A DNA stretch of 64,000 bases from Candidatus Latescibacterota bacterium (GTDB lineage Bacteria; Latescibacterota; UBA2968; GCA-2709665), in the NCBI GenBank assembly GCA_965219995.1, contig CBDCOX010000002.1, positions 4,000,001-4,064,000 of the forward strand, written 5' to 3'. Below are positions 38,981 to 49,042 of this stretch, piece by piece; position 1 is the stretch's first letter; every line of letters starts with the position of its first letter. A program made the position numbers and the translations under genes. A model generated the notes under the pieces. It did not search any database, was not told the DNA's origin, and saw only the letters and a list, made by a program, of their open reading frames with translations.

Positions 38981-40036
38981 ATGTCGAAAGTACGAATCGC
39001 GGTTGTCGGAGCGGGGAACATGGCCCGGGTTCGCGGCCACGCGTTTCTGGATACCGGCCGTGCGGAAATCTGCGGCGTGGCCGCGCGCAGGCGGGAAACG
39101 GCCGAACGTTGTGCGGCGGAATTGAGGTGCGAGGATTTCTTCGACGACTACCGGCTGTTGGTCGAATCGCGCCCAGACGCGGTCCTGATCGAGGTCCCGC
39201 ATCGCGTTCAGGACGAGGTCTCTCTGTGGGCGCTGGACGCCGGCTATGACGTCCTCATCGGCGGCTGTCTCGCGTCGTCTCTGGAGAACGGGAAGCGGAT
39301 TGTGGAAATGGCGAAGCGGTCGGGACGGATCGTGGAGGCCGGATTTCAGCGCCGGTACGATCCGGCCTGGGAAGAGATCCGGCGCCTGGTGGCGGACGGC
39401 GAACTCGGCGCGCCTGTGATGGCGGTGACCATGGCCCTGTGGAACGCGGATCCGGACGCCTGGTACTATGATCAGGCGGAGAGCGGTGGCATGCCGCTGA
39501 CCCACATGAGCTACTGCTATTTGAATGCCGTTCGCTGGATTCTCGGAAGGCCGACCACCGCGTCCGCAATGGCCAATCGCAAGCGGAATACCGCGCCGGC
39601 TTACGTTACGGAAGAGACCTGTGGGGCCCTGATCGGCTTCGAAAACGGCGCCTTCGCTTCGGCCACGGCCAGCTATATCGGCCCGGATGGCATGTCCGAT
39701 CCGCAGCCGCGGTTCGTCTGCTCGGAGGGCGGTGTCATGCCCAATGCGGACAGCTCGCCAGGCAAGGATTCCATAACGGTTTACAAGGAGGGCCGCTCCG
39801 AGATCCGGGAATTCGAGAATGAGCCGTCGTCGATGGTCCGGCAGGCGCACGCCTTTCTGGATGCCATCGAGAACCGCGGCGAGGCGCGCAATCCTCCGGA
39901 AGACGCCCTGCTGGACGTCGAAATCGCCGAAGGCATCGCAATCTCGGCCAGGGAACACAGGACGGTTTCGCTGGCGGCCCTTACCCCCCGCCCCCCTCTC
40001 CCGTGGGGAGAGGGGGAGAAAACCCGGAGACCCTGA
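38981..40036 (+). CDS. Gfo/Idh/MocA-family oxidoreductase (atypical: EKP replaced by GGC)
   Basis: VRIAVVGAG, AGYDVLIGGCLA, GFQRRYDP, WYYDQAESGG. Confidence 0.85.
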   Translation: MSKVRIAVVGAGNMARVRGHAFLDTGRAEICGVAARRRETAERCAAELRCEDFFDDYRLLVESRPDAVLIEVPHRVQDEVSLWALDAGYDVLIGGCLASSLENGKRIVEMAKRSGRIVEAGFQRRYDPAWEEIRRLVADGELGAPVMAVTMALWNADPDAWYYDQAESGGMPLTHMSYCYLNAVRWILGRPTTASAMANRKRNTAPAYVTEETCGALIGFENGAFASATASYIGPDGMSDPQPRFVCSEGGVMPNADSSPGKDSITVYKEGRSEIREFENEPSSMVRQAHAFLDAIENRGEARNPPEDALLDVEIAEGIAISAREHRTVSLAALTPRPPLPWGEGEKTRRP

Positions 40037-40083
40037 GCGGGTCACAGTTCCCCCCTCCCGTGGGAAGGGGGAAAGGGGGTAGG
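39979..40083. repeat. Pair of REP-like hairpins in inverted arrangement
   Basis: CCCCCTCTCCCGTGGGGAGAGGGGG and CCCCCTCCCGTGGGAAGGGGG, with CCTTACCCCC/GGGGGTAGG outer arms. Confidence 0.7.
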
Positions 40084-40087
40084 TCGG

Positions 40088-40939
40088 ATGGGCGGTGTGA
40101 CCGTGATGGAATTGTGGCCGGACGAGGTCCCCGGAGACGTCGGGATATCCGGTCAGGAGAAAAGCCGAATACACGACTCCAGGTTTGTTGGAAACACACT
40201 GCTGATCACCAACGTCACGCGACCCTCCCTGACGGTACACCTTCCGCCGGCGGAGATGAATACGGGCACGGCGATGGTCATCTGTCCGGGAGGCGGGTAC
40301 TGGGACCTCTTTTGGCAACTGGAAGGCGAGGAGGTTGCGGCCTGGCTGAATTCCCGGGGCATCGCCGGGATCATTCTGAAATACAGGGTCCCGCGACGTC
40401 CGGGCGACGAAAAGGGTGTTCCCCCGTCAGGCCCTCTCTCGGACGCCCAGCGTGCGGTCAGTATGGTCCGCGCATACGCGAGCGAATGGCGTATCGATCC
40501 CTGTCGGATCGGTGTCGTCGGGTTCTCCGCGGGGGGCCACCTCGCGCTGGCGACTGCTACCGGTTTCCGGGACCGAAACTACCGTCAAATTAACGCCATC
40601 GACGCCGTGAGTTGCCGGCCGGACTTTGCCGTGTTATGCTACTCCGGGTACCTGAAGGATAAGGAAAGCGATCGAGTTGCGGAGGGGGTCCACATTCCCG
40701 CCGATACGCCTCCGGTATTTCTGACCCACGCCAGCGATGACAGCGAGTCCGAGGTCGCGCACAGCGTGATCGCGTATCTGGGGTTGCACCGAGCGGGAGT
40801 TCCGGCAGAATTGCACGTCTACGCTTCCGGCGAGCACGATTTCGGCGTCCGCCGCGACGGCAAGCCGCCATCCAGCTGGCCTCAGCTGTGCCTCGATTGG
40901 CTGCGCAGCCTGGGTCTGTACAAGGCGCCATCAGGTTGA
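40088..40939 (+). CDS. Alpha/beta hydrolase (carbohydrate esterase-like)
   Basis: ICPGGGY, GFSAGGH, HASDD, GEHDFG. Confidence 0.9.
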   Translation: MGGVTVMELWPDEVPGDVGISGQEKSRIHDSRFVGNTLLITNVTRPSLTVHLPPAEMNTGTAMVICPGGGYWDLFWQLEGEEVAAWLNSRGIAGIILKYRVPRRPGDEKGVPPSGPLSDAQRAVSMVRAYASEWRIDPCRIGVVGFSAGGHLALATATGFRDRNYRQINAIDAVSCRPDFAVLCYSGYLKDKESDRVAEGVHIPADTPPVFLTHASDDSESEVAHSVIAYLGLHRAGVPAELHVYASGEHDFGVRRDGKPPSSWPQLCLDWLRSLGLYKAPSG

Positions 40940-40960
40940 CGGGCGTCGAAAGGAAGCAAG

Positions 40961-40997
40961 AGTCAGCAGTCAGCTTTCAGCTCTCAGCAGTCAGCTT
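40961..40997. repeat. Heptamer tandem repeat (xxTCAGC)x5
   Basis: AGTCAGC AGTCAGC TTTCAGC TCTCAGC AGTCAGC. Confidence 0.7.
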
Positions 40998-41069
40998 GAA
41001 GCAATTGCGAAAATCATAATCAAAAGTCAACTTCAACATCCACATCTCCCCAAATTCCCTAAAGGCGGG

Positions 41070-41215
41070 GAGACGTAAGACGGGAGACGGGAGATGATAT
41101 CAGTGCCATATGGTATTTCTTGTCGTTACGATAACGGTAGAGAAACAGGCACGGTTAGCGTGAAAACACGGTGGTAACGTTATCTTCTACCGTCTCACGT
41201 CTACCCTCTTACCGC
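41070..41215. repeat. Dispersed MITE/REP-like element, copy 2
   Basis: GAGACGGGAGATGATATCAGTGCC...TCGTTACGATAACGGTA...AAACAGGCACGGTT...TCTACCGTCT shared with 25398-25543. Confidence 0.75.
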
Positions 41216-41529
41216 ATTTAGAATAGTCGCCGCTGGGCGCGGGGCCTGCTATATGCACAGCGCGAATCCCCTCACAGGATGCACAGGATCCTCTGCCCTG
41301 AGACTCTCGGAGGAACATCTAACCGCGTCACTGGACGGATAAGCGCGCTCTGCTCTGGTAGTCCTCCTGTCAGGAAGTACCTTTGTAGACCGATTGACCC
41401 CTGGATGATGAGGACACCAGTTCGCAATAAGCGGCCAGCTTGAAATGAAAATCAGCTCACGCGGTGACACTATCCGTATCGACAAACTCGCCGCGGGCAG
41501 AACAATCAACACATCGAGAATGCATAAGG

Positions 41530-44361
41530 ATGTACAGGGAAAACTATCGAATATTGAGTGCGTTGCGATGTCTGTTCGTCGCGGTGCTTTTCATTGCCGT
41601 CTCAACAAACGCCGAGGAGATCAATACCATGAAGACAGGAGAAGGTGCCAGTGCTCATGCCGGGGCCCGAATTTTTGCATTGGAAGGACAGGTCGTCCTG
41701 CAGGCGGAGGAAGCCGTCATAGACCCCGGTCGGACGGAAATTGTCATGCAAGGTTCGTTCGCCAGTGAGAAAGGCGTTGCGCTCAAGGCTGAAATGGCCA
41801 CCAGCGTGGGTTCGCCGGGGGCCGAACCGGATCTCGTATTCAAGGTGCGGGCGGCCAGGGCGGGGCGGTACGTGATTCGCACGCACGCGGCCACGGACGC
41901 CCGGGGAAGTGAGGCGATGCGCAAGGCCGGGAGCAAATTCGATTCGCTGTTCCTGGCGATCGCCGTGGACGACGGCCGCCCCACCCGGCGCGTGGTGTTC
42001 GTGCCGTGGAGCCGACCGGAGAGCTGTACGCAGAGTACCGGAAAGTTCGATCTCAACGGACGGGAGCAGGAGATCCGGATCTGGCTGCCTGCGGGCGTGC
42101 GCCTCGATTATCTGGAAGTCAGCCCGTACAGGCCGCCGGAAGTCCCATCGACGGCGGCCGACTATCAGCCGTCGGTCGTTCCGCCGGCGTCCCGGCCGCG
42201 TATCTGGGTGAACGAGCAGTCGCTGCCGTGGGTTCGGGCGAACCTGATGAAGGGTGAAAACACGCCGCTGTGGGCCCAGGTCAGGCAAACCGCGGCCGAA
42301 CCATTCGCATTCGAGGTCGAGCCGGGTACGGAAATCAGGTATAACGCGAAACTTGAAAAAGCGGCCGTCGCCAGGGCATTCGTCTACCTGATGACGGGTG
42401 AAGAGACGCCCGGCCGGGAAGCGGTGGCGCTGGTCCGCGACTATCTCGGCGCCGTGGAATTCGGAAATCTGCTCGACATTACCCGGGAAATCGGCCGCGC
42501 CATCTACTCGGCCGCACTCGTTTACGACTGGTGCTATGAACTGATGACACCGGAAGACCGGGAAAGCATCCGCGGCGACCTCATGCGTCTGGCCGACGAC
42601 ATGGAAATCGGCTGGCCGCCGTTCAAGCAGATCATCGTCAACGGCCACGGCAATGAGGCGCAGGTCAACCGCGACCTGCTCTGCATGGCCATTGCCATCT
42701 ACGACGAGGATCCGGTACCCTACCAATACTGTGCGTACCGCATCCTGGAAGAACTGGTGCCCATGCGCCGGTTCGAATACCAGTCTCCGCGCCACAACCA
42801 GGGCGTCAGTTACGGCCCGTACCGGTTCGCCTGGGATATGCACGCCGCCTGGCTGTTCTACCGCATGTCCGGCAAGCGGGTCTTCGACGACAACATCTCG
42901 GACGTCTGCAAGTTCTGGCTCTACATGCGCCTGCCGAACGAAGAGACCTTCCGGGACGGCGACGGATTCTCCGACGGCAGGCCCGCAAGCCTCGGAGCCA
43001 CGGCACTGCTCAGCTACGCCTACAGCAACGATCCCGTCCTCAAGCGCGATTTCGAGCGGCAGGGCGGCCTGCCTTCCGACCCGATTCTGGTGCTGCTGCT
43101 GAACGACCCGGACCTGGAGGCGGCGGAGAATTTCGATTCATTGCCGAGGACCCTGGATTTCGGTCCGGTCATCGGGTCCATGGTTGCCCGGACCGGCTGG
43201 AGTATGGGCTCGGGGGTGTCCGACGTGGTCGTGGAAATGAAGGGCGGGGGTTATCACTTCGGCAATCACCAGCATGCTGACGCGGGGAGTTACCAGATCT
43301 ACTACCGGGGGCTGCAGGCGGCGGATCTCGGGCAGTACCATTTCTATGGCACGCCCTACGACTTCAATTTCTGCAAACGTTCGATTTCTCACAGCATGAT
43401 GCTGGCTGTGGATCCGAATGAGAAGTTCCTTCGCGATACGGCCAATGACGGAGGCGCCCGGTTCATTCAATCCTGCCCCACCACGCCGGAGCAGGCCCGT
43501 ACGGATCCGACATTCGCCAACGGGGAGATTCTGTCGGCCGATTTCGGCCCGTCGCCGCAGCGGCCGTTCTACAGTTACTTCTCGGTGGACCTGACATCGG
43601 CATACAGCGATAAGATCGTTGACTACGTCCGGACCTTCTGCTTCCTGAACCTGGACAACTCAGAGAACCCCGCGGCGCTGATCGTGCTGGATAACATGAC
43701 GACTGCCAGACCGGAGTTCAGGAAATACTGGCAGGTCAACACCCTCAACCCGCCCGAAAAGACGGCCGACGGCGTCATCCTGAGAAACAGCAGCGACGAC
43801 GTGACCGGCAAGGTCGTGCTCCGAATGCTGCGGCCGAAGGCGGGCGAGCGGAACCTGCAGGTCCTGAGCGGCAAGGACGCAAACAGCGTGTTCGGACAGT
43901 TCTTCACGCCGCCGAAACCGGACCGGCCGGAGGCGAACGGCCATCGCGTGATGTTCTCCCGAGCCAGCGAGCAGGAAAACGACGTGTTTCTGACGGTGAT
44001 GTCGATGTCTGACGAACGCGCGCCCGATGTGCCGGTCGATCTTGTGGAACTCCCTGACGCCTTTGTTTTGACGCTTGCCGACCGGGTCGTGGTCCTGAGC
44101 AGGTCCGGCAAGCTGCTCAGGCAGACGCTGCAGGTGAACGTGGGGGAGGATGGGAACTTCCAATTACTGGTGGCGGGCCTGGCTCCGGGCGCGTGGAGTA
44201 TCAGCGACCGGGACGGCAGGGTCCGTTTCAACTCGCGTGTCGACGCAAACAGAAACACCGCCTTCTTCGTGGTTCCGGGCGGGGCATATACGGTTCAGCC
44301 CGAAGCCATCCCCGGCGCACCCGAGTTCCACGCCGCACAGGACTTCATGCCCGCCCGTTGA
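41530..44361 (+). CDS. Heparinase II-like (HepB-like) secreted polysaccharide lyase
   Basis: Signal peptide (...VSTNA); NGHGNEAQ, HNQGVSYGPYRF, RDGD, GNHQHADAGSYQIYYRG, DLGQY, SISHS. Confidence 0.85.
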   Translation: MYRENYRILSALRCLFVAVLFIAVSTNAEEINTMKTGEGASAHAGARIFALEGQVVLQAEEAVIDPGRTEIVMQGSFASEKGVALKAEMATSVGSPGAEPDLVFKVRAARAGRYVIRTHAATDARGSEAMRKAGSKFDSLFLAIAVDDGRPTRRVVFVPWSRPESCTQSTGKFDLNGREQEIRIWLPAGVRLDYLEVSPYRPPEVPSTAADYQPSVVPPASRPRIWVNEQSLPWVRANLMKGENTPLWAQVRQTAAEPFAFEVEPGTEIRYNAKLEKAAVARAFVYLMTGEETPGREAVALVRDYLGAVEFGNLLDITREIGRAIYSAALVYDWCYELMTPEDRESIRGDLMRLADDMEIGWPPFKQIIVNGHGNEAQVNRDLLCMAIAIYDEDPVPYQYCAYRILEELVPMRRFEYQSPRHNQGVSYGPYRFAWDMHAAWLFYRMSGKRVFDDNISDVCKFWLYMRLPNEETFRDGDGFSDGRPASLGATALLSYAYSNDPVLKRDFERQGGLPSDPILVLLLNDPDLEAAENFDSLPRTLDFGPVIGSMVARTGWSMGSGVSDVVVEMKGGGYHFGNHQHADAGSYQIYYRGLQAADLGQYHFYGTPYDFNFCKRSISHSMMLAVDPNEKFLRDTANDGGARFIQSCPTTPEQARTDPTFANGEILSADFGPSPQRPFYSYFSVDLTSAYSDKIVDYVRTFCFLNLDNSENPAALIVLDNMTTARPEFRKYWQVNTLNPPEKTADGVILRNSSDDVTGKVVLRMLRPKAGERNLQVLSGKDANSVFGQFFTPPKPDRPEANGHRVMFSRASEQENDVFLTVMSMSDERAPDVPVDLVELPDAFVLTLADRVVVLSRSGKLLRQTLQVNVGEDGNFQLLVAGLAPGAWSISDRDGRVRFNSRVDANRNTAFFVVPGGAYTVQPEAIPGAPEFHAAQDFMPAR

Positions 44362-44497
44362 CGGGCGGTGGGCGGAAAGCAGGTGGGAAGGTGATATGCA
44401 GCTATCTGTAGATCCGGCCTCGTCCTGTCGCAGATTCGCGTTGTTCAGTCGCAATCGAATACGTTGAAGTGAACGCGCGACCCGTTTAACGATCCCA

Positions 44498-44586
44498 TCA
44501 CTCCCCCCTTGAGGGGGAGTCGCAGAAGCCGAGCCGGTTCCCTGAGCCTGTCGAAGCGGCCGGCGACGGCTGATGCGGTGGGGGGA
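44498..44586. repeat. REP-like palindrome between convergent genes (possible terminator)
   Basis: ACTCCCCCCTTGAGGGGGAGT hairpin followed by CCCTGAGCCTGTCGAAG. Confidence 0.55.
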
Positions 44587-44653
44587 TTTCAACGCATTGA
44601 CGAATTCAAGCACCAGGAATAAATCTGCATGAGAATTGCATTGAAGTCTTACT

Positions 44654-45823
44654 CTAATATTCCTGGATATCTGCGTTCTGGCGAAACGCTGCCAGGTCGA
44701 GGTCCCCTCGACTGTACGCATCCACGTCCCGCTTCTTGACCTTTAGCACAAGGCCACGCGGGTCGGATGAACTCCTGCCCAATCTGGGCGGAAAGCGCAC
44801 TTCCACTACAATGTATTCCTCGGGTTTGAGGGTGCGCAGCGTATAACCGTAGTTTCCCACGATTTCAACGAGCTCCTTCTTAAACCGATCCTTCGGTTTA
44901 TTTCCAATCTCTATCGCTGTGCCCGGTCTCACCTGATAGGTTACCGCTTTGGAATCATTCTTCCTTCTAACATGAATCGCCGTGCCACGGAACCCGCCTC
45001 TCACGTTTACAAAGAAGATCGCCCCCAGACCTTTCTGGTATATACCAAGAGTCCCGTCCAATCTCCGCACGCTATGTTCGGTTTGCTTCAGCGCCTTGTC
45101 CAGGATCGTAGCCATGACGCCGATCTTTTTCATTGTGGACGCATCCGGCCGGTGGTCGCGAAAGGCAATCCGCTTCCTGAACTCCGCCTCGTCAATTTTC
45201 TCACGGCGGTAAGCGACGATGTCTCTTTTCTTGCTTGTCACCTCCAGGTAGACCGGTTCGGACAACCCTGAATGAGGCTGTTTGTTCCTTACCGCCCCCA
45301 TATGCATCACTTCGCCTGGAATTCCTCTTTCAACACCATACACGACGCCGCGATCAGGCATATGATGGACCATGACAGTTATTTTTTCTTTGTCGTCTAA
45401 CTGGCGGATGCCATCCGCGTACGTTCCCAAGAAATCCACAAGCCGATTCCTGAGGGCAACGCGACGTTTTTTCCGCCGCTCCGCGATGTCCTTCTGGTAA
45501 TCCTTCTCTTCAAACTCCAACCCCTCCAACCCGGACTCTTTAAGTATTCGCATCCGATAATCTAGGCCGGATTCGCCCGGACCACGTTCTTCTTCGATAA
45601 GAAAGATCACGCCGTAATTGTCGAAGTGTAGTCCCCGTACCTGCGGTCCTCGGTGGATGCCAGCAAATCTGGGCGTATTCTGAGCGTGTAGATTCTTCAG
45701 AATGCCTTCCATGATGTCCAGGTCCTGCTTCATCCGCTTTCGGTCGATTTCGGCATCGACGGGGAATGCGGGAAGGGAGAGGCATATGGCGGTTGCGATG
45801 GCGAAAATACGATGGGTCTTCAT
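44654..45823 (-). CDS. Secreted hypothetical protein with two internal repeats, co-transcribed with ECF/anti-sigma
   Basis: Signal peptide ...VDA; repeated xMxxIL...GxIF...YxxxxRxL...K..D..AY unit. Confidence 0.7.
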   Translation of the reverse strand: MKTHRIFAIATAICLSLPAFPVDAEIDRKRMKQDLDIMEGILKNLHAQNTPRFAGIHRGPQVRGLHFDNYGVIFLIEEERGPGESGLDYRMRILKESGLEGLEFEEKDYQKDIAERRKKRRVALRNRLVDFLGTYADGIRQLDDKEKITVMVHHMPDRGVVYGVERGIPGEVMHMGAVRNKQPHSGLSEPVYLEVTSKKRDIVAYRREKIDEAEFRKRIAFRDHRPDASTMKKIGVMATILDKALKQTEHSVRRLDGTLGIYQKGLGAIFFVNVRGGFRGTAIHVRRKNDSKAVTYQVRPGTAIEIGNKPKDRFKKELVEIVGNYGYTLRTLKPEEYIVVEVRFPPRLGRSSSDPRGLVLKVKKRDVDAYSRGDLDLAAFRQNADIQEY

Positions 45824-45844
45824 ATTTCAATCTCCCTCAGTTTA

Positions 45845-46555
45845 TCATTCGGTGGTGGGAGGTGCGTACGGATCCGCCTGCGCGTATGTTACCGCAAGCA
45901 GGTGGTGCAGGAGGTCTTCGGTACGTAGAAAGCGGTTCTTCGTCGATCCCTCGATTTCCTGCAGGCCCTGGCCTACGAGCACCAGGTCGCGACGGCGCTG
46001 GGATTCCAGGTCCCGGGCGAACTGTTCGAGGATAAGACCGAGTTCCAGGCGTTGACGGTTGTGCCCGTCGTCGATTAACTCCTGAATCAGCGCCAGGGAC
46101 TGATGTTGGACCTGGATCAACTCGGCCCGCGTGACCGGCGTTTCGCGAACCCCTTCAGAGGGTTCGAGATCTTCAACTGCGGGGAGCCGCAGCTTCACGT
46201 GTAGACCCCCCTCCCCGTCGTATCGCGCCTCGAAGTTCAAGACGGCGAAAACGAGAATGACCGCCGCCAGTCCCAGGGTCACGCCCGGCGCCACCCACCG
46301 CCGGCTGCCCGCGGACGTCCGCCGCGGTAGAATGGCCTTCCACCAGGGGGTTTTCTCGGGCACGAAGACGAGGCTCGCGGGCGGGACTTCATCCGCCCAG
46401 GCGCGCATCAGGGTCCTGGTCCGCCCCAGCCTCTCCAGAGCTTGTGCGCAGGCAGGACAGGTGCTGACGTGGGATTCGATTCCGGCTTTCCCCTCGGCAT
46501 CGACTTCGTCGTAGAGATAGCCTATGAGTTTCTCTCTGGGCAGTTCACATTTCAT
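45845..46555 (-). CDS. ZAS (zf-HC2) anti-sigma factor
   Basis: MKC...YLYDE...HVSTCPAC, one TM helix; overlaps the sigma gene end. Confidence 0.88.
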   Translation of the reverse strand: MKCELPREKLIGYLYDEVDAEGKAGIESHVSTCPACAQALERLGRTRTLMRAWADEVPPASLVFVPEKTPWWKAILPRRTSAGSRRWVAPGVTLGLAAVILVFAVLNFEARYDGEGGLHVKLRLPAVEDLEPSEGVRETPVTRAELIQVQHQSLALIQELIDDGHNRQRLELGLILEQFARDLESQRRRDLVLVGQGLQEIEGSTKNRFLRTEDLLHHLLAVTYAQADPYAPPTTE

Positions 46556-47135
46556 AGTCGATCGTCTCCCGGGTGATGTTCCATTGGTCCATAACCTTTC
46601 TGAGATTTCCGAGGCCGTAGTAGAGTCGGGATTTTACCGTATTGACCGGCAGTTTCAGAATGTCGGCGATTTCGGTGAATTTCAGACGCTGGTATTCCTT
46701 CATGACGACGATTGTCCGTTGTTCATGCGGAATGCACTGCAACGCCCGGTTGAGCAGATCGCGAAGTTCGCACTCTTGAATTCCGGAATCTGTTTGCGGC
46801 GATGCTCTCGCCATTCCGTCCGGTCGCTGGTCGACGCCGGTTTCCAGACGCTCGAGTGAGATCGTCGGACGCCTCTTCCTTCTCCTCAGTTCGTCCCGGC
46901 ACGTATTGACCGCGATCTGATAGATCCAGGTGGAGAACTTTTCGGGATCCCGCAGCCGGCGGAGGTTTCGGTGAGCTTTGATGAGGACCTTCTGGCTCAG
47001 GTCATGCGCTTCCTCTCGGTCTCCGACCTGGCGCAGGATGAAGTTATAGAGCCTGCTTTGCCACCGCCCAACCAGTCCGTTAAAGGCATGCGACTCGCCG
47101 TTGCGGAATCGCCTGATCAACTGGGCGTCCGTCAT
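46545..47135 (-). CDS. ECF sigma-70 factor
   Basis: DLSQKVLIKAH, FSTWIYQIAVN, EIADIL...NTVKSRLYYG; GGAGG RBS before ATG 47135. Confidence 0.93.
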   Translation of the reverse strand: MTDAQLIRRFRNGESHAFNGLVGRWQSRLYNFILRQVGDREEAHDLSQKVLIKAHRNLRRLRDPEKFSTWIYQIAVNTCRDELRRRKRRPTISLERLETGVDQRPDGMARASPQTDSGIQECELRDLLNRALQCIPHEQRTIVVMKEYQRLKFTEIADILKLPVNTVKSRLYYGLGNLRKVMDQWNITRETIDYEM

Positions 47136-47182
47136 CTGTCCTCCGGTGCGGAAAATCGCGGATTCCTGAAGTCCTCTGCATG

Positions 47183-47210
47183 TGTGACGACGAGATTGAC
47201 GGAAAAGTTC
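47183..47210 (-). promoter_or_regulatory. Putative autoregulatory ECF promoter GAACTT-N16-GTCACA
   Basis: Minus strand GAACTT TTCCGTCAATCTCGTC GTCACA, about 48 bp upstream of the ECF start. Confidence 0.55.
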
Positions 47211-47488
47211 TGTGGCGCTGTCAAAGACTCTGTATTTTTTTCGAAGTGAGTTAAACCGTTCGCATAACGGAATCCACGAAGCAGCCAGGATCACGGGTAT
47301 GTGTCAGGATACCGATTGACATCATAAGGGATTTTAATCATGGTTGGATCCGAGTTGCACCTTGCACATCGGTTCCGCGGGATTTCGATCTGCGTGAGCA
47401 CGCAATAGGTGGCGGCAATGACGTGTCTAACCTGCGAGACCTTCTTGGGATCCTGGCGGGGAGAATGCACGATAACAGGAGAACGTGA

Positions 47489-48283
47489 ATGATATCGACT
47501 TTGCGGCAGGAATATGATGAGAAGGGTTTTTGCATCTCGCGGGGGGCCATCGACGCGGGTCTTGCGGCCGAAACGGTCGAGCACGTGCAGTGGTTGGTCA
47601 AAAGGCATCCCGACACCCGGCCCGAGAAATTGCACCATCGATTGCTTGTGGACGATCCGTTTATGCACCGCGTGGTCTGCGACGACCGGCTGCTGGATAT
47701 TGCAGCACAATTCATCGGACCCAACGTGGCCATGTTCGGCGCGCATTATATCGCCAAGAAACCCGAGACCGGGCAAGCCGTGCGTTGGCACCAGGACGGG
47801 TCCTACTGGCCGCTGGAGCCGATGGAGGTGACGACGCTGTGGGTCGCCGGCACGGACTCCACCGTGGAAAACGGGTGCATGCGGGTCCTGCCGGGGTCGC
47901 ACACCCGGCAACTTCTGGATGCCTCGGAGATGGTGAAACTGGACACCGAAAAGTACGTTCTCGGCATTGGGATGCGCCCCGATCAGATCGATGAAGCCGA
48001 CGCCGTCGACATCGAACTCAAGGCAGGGGATATTTCCATCCACCATCCCAACATCATCCACGGATCGAACAGCAATACGTCGGACCAGTGGCGTGTGGGG
48101 CTCACCCTTCGCTATATTCCCACCAGCACTCGCGTCACACGGAAAGAACAGCGGTCCATCCTGTGCTGCGGGGAGGTGGTCCCCGAGGTCGGAAACCACT
48201 ATGTGCCGCGGCCGAAATACGTCGAAGGAAAACACATGCCGTTCGCCGGGTGTGAGGCGTGGGTGGGGGATGACTGCCGGTAG
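47489..48283 (+). CDS. PhyH-family dioxygenase
   Basis: WHQDGSYW, NGCMRVLPGSH, IIHGS, RVGLTLRY. Confidence 0.92.
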   Translation: MISTLRQEYDEKGFCISRGAIDAGLAAETVEHVQWLVKRHPDTRPEKLHHRLLVDDPFMHRVVCDDRLLDIAAQFIGPNVAMFGAHYIAKKPETGQAVRWHQDGSYWPLEPMEVTTLWVAGTDSTVENGCMRVLPGSHTRQLLDASEMVKLDTEKYVLGIGMRPDQIDEADAVDIELKAGDISIHHPNIIHGSNSNTSDQWRVGLTLRYIPTSTRVTRKEQRSILCCGEVVPEVGNHYVPRPKYVEGKHMPFAGCEAWVGDDCR

Positions 48284-48296
48284 AGGAGAGCATGTC

Positions 48297-48581
48297 ATGG
48301 CGACGAACCAGTACCAGCCCGATTACGCGGTTCCACCCGGTTGGATCCTGGAGGAACGCCTTCCAGCCCATGGCATTTCGCCTGCTGAGTTCGCAAGCAG
48401 ATGCGACAGATCGGCCAAGCTAATCAGCGAGATTGTCACCGGAAAGGCACCTATCGAACCGAAGACGGCACTGCAGTTCGACAGGGTATTGGGAGTCAAT
48501 GCCGGTATCTGGCTCGGTATCGAGGACGATTATAAGTTGCACCAGAACCGCGATATGGATCCTCGGCGCGAAAATAAGTGA
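48297..48581 (+). CDS. HigA-like XRE antitoxin (orphan, possibly truncated)
   Basis: PDYAVPPGWILEERL...ISEIVTGKAPIEPKTALQFDRVLG...W. Confidence 0.75.
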   Translation: MATNQYQPDYAVPPGWILEERLPAHGISPAEFASRCDRSAKLISEIVTGKAPIEPKTALQFDRVLGVNAGIWLGIEDDYKLHQNRDMDPRRENK

Positions 48582-48817
48582 TACAGTTTCCGCTTAAGAA
48601 CCAGGCAACAATTGAGGGGCGAAGAACGATGGGGGATGCATCAGTAGCGGTTCTTGGGCAAAACAGAATGCAGAACGCCGGTGTGACGCCACATGTCTCG
48701 GGTCTGTCCGAGCAGATTCCGCATGTGGAGAATGTGGTGACGGTCACGCGGCGTCGGTTCACGAAGCAATGTGAGCACACTCCTGAGGAGACCGCAGCGC
48801 AATGAGGAGGAAATCTG

Positions 48818-49042
48818 ATGTCAGGGCAAGGTTCGGCCGGCAATGTCCTTGCGGCTCTATGTAGTTTATTCGTACCCGGTTTGGGCCAGTTGCTTCAAGG
48901 ACGTTTGCTCATGGCCCTCATCCAGTTTTGCACGGCGGCCCTGCTGTGGTTCGTCCTGTTGGGGTGGGTGATTCACCTGTGGTCAATTCTGGACGCGGCT
49001 CGGTGGAAGCCGCCGGATGATCCAACTCGTGCGAGCGGTTGA
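48818..49042 (+). CDS. Small membrane protein
   Basis: 74 aa; LCSLFVPGLGQLLQGR...IHLWSILDAA; GAGGAGG RBS. Confidence 0.75.
   Translation: MSGQGSAGNVLAALCSLFVPGLGQLLQGRLLMALIQFCTAALLWFVLLGWVIHLWSILDAARWKPPDDPTRASG

Noticed and set aside
20998-41215. Dispersed repeats as a possible CRISPR array
   Set aside because: No regular repeat-spacer periodicity and no cas genes.
41249-41520. AT-richer stretch that might be a gene remnant
   Set aside because: Only short ORFs; no family recognisable by eye.
48578-48805. 75-aa ORF as a possible toxin partner of the HigA-like gene
   Set aside because: No recognisable toxin motif or RBS.
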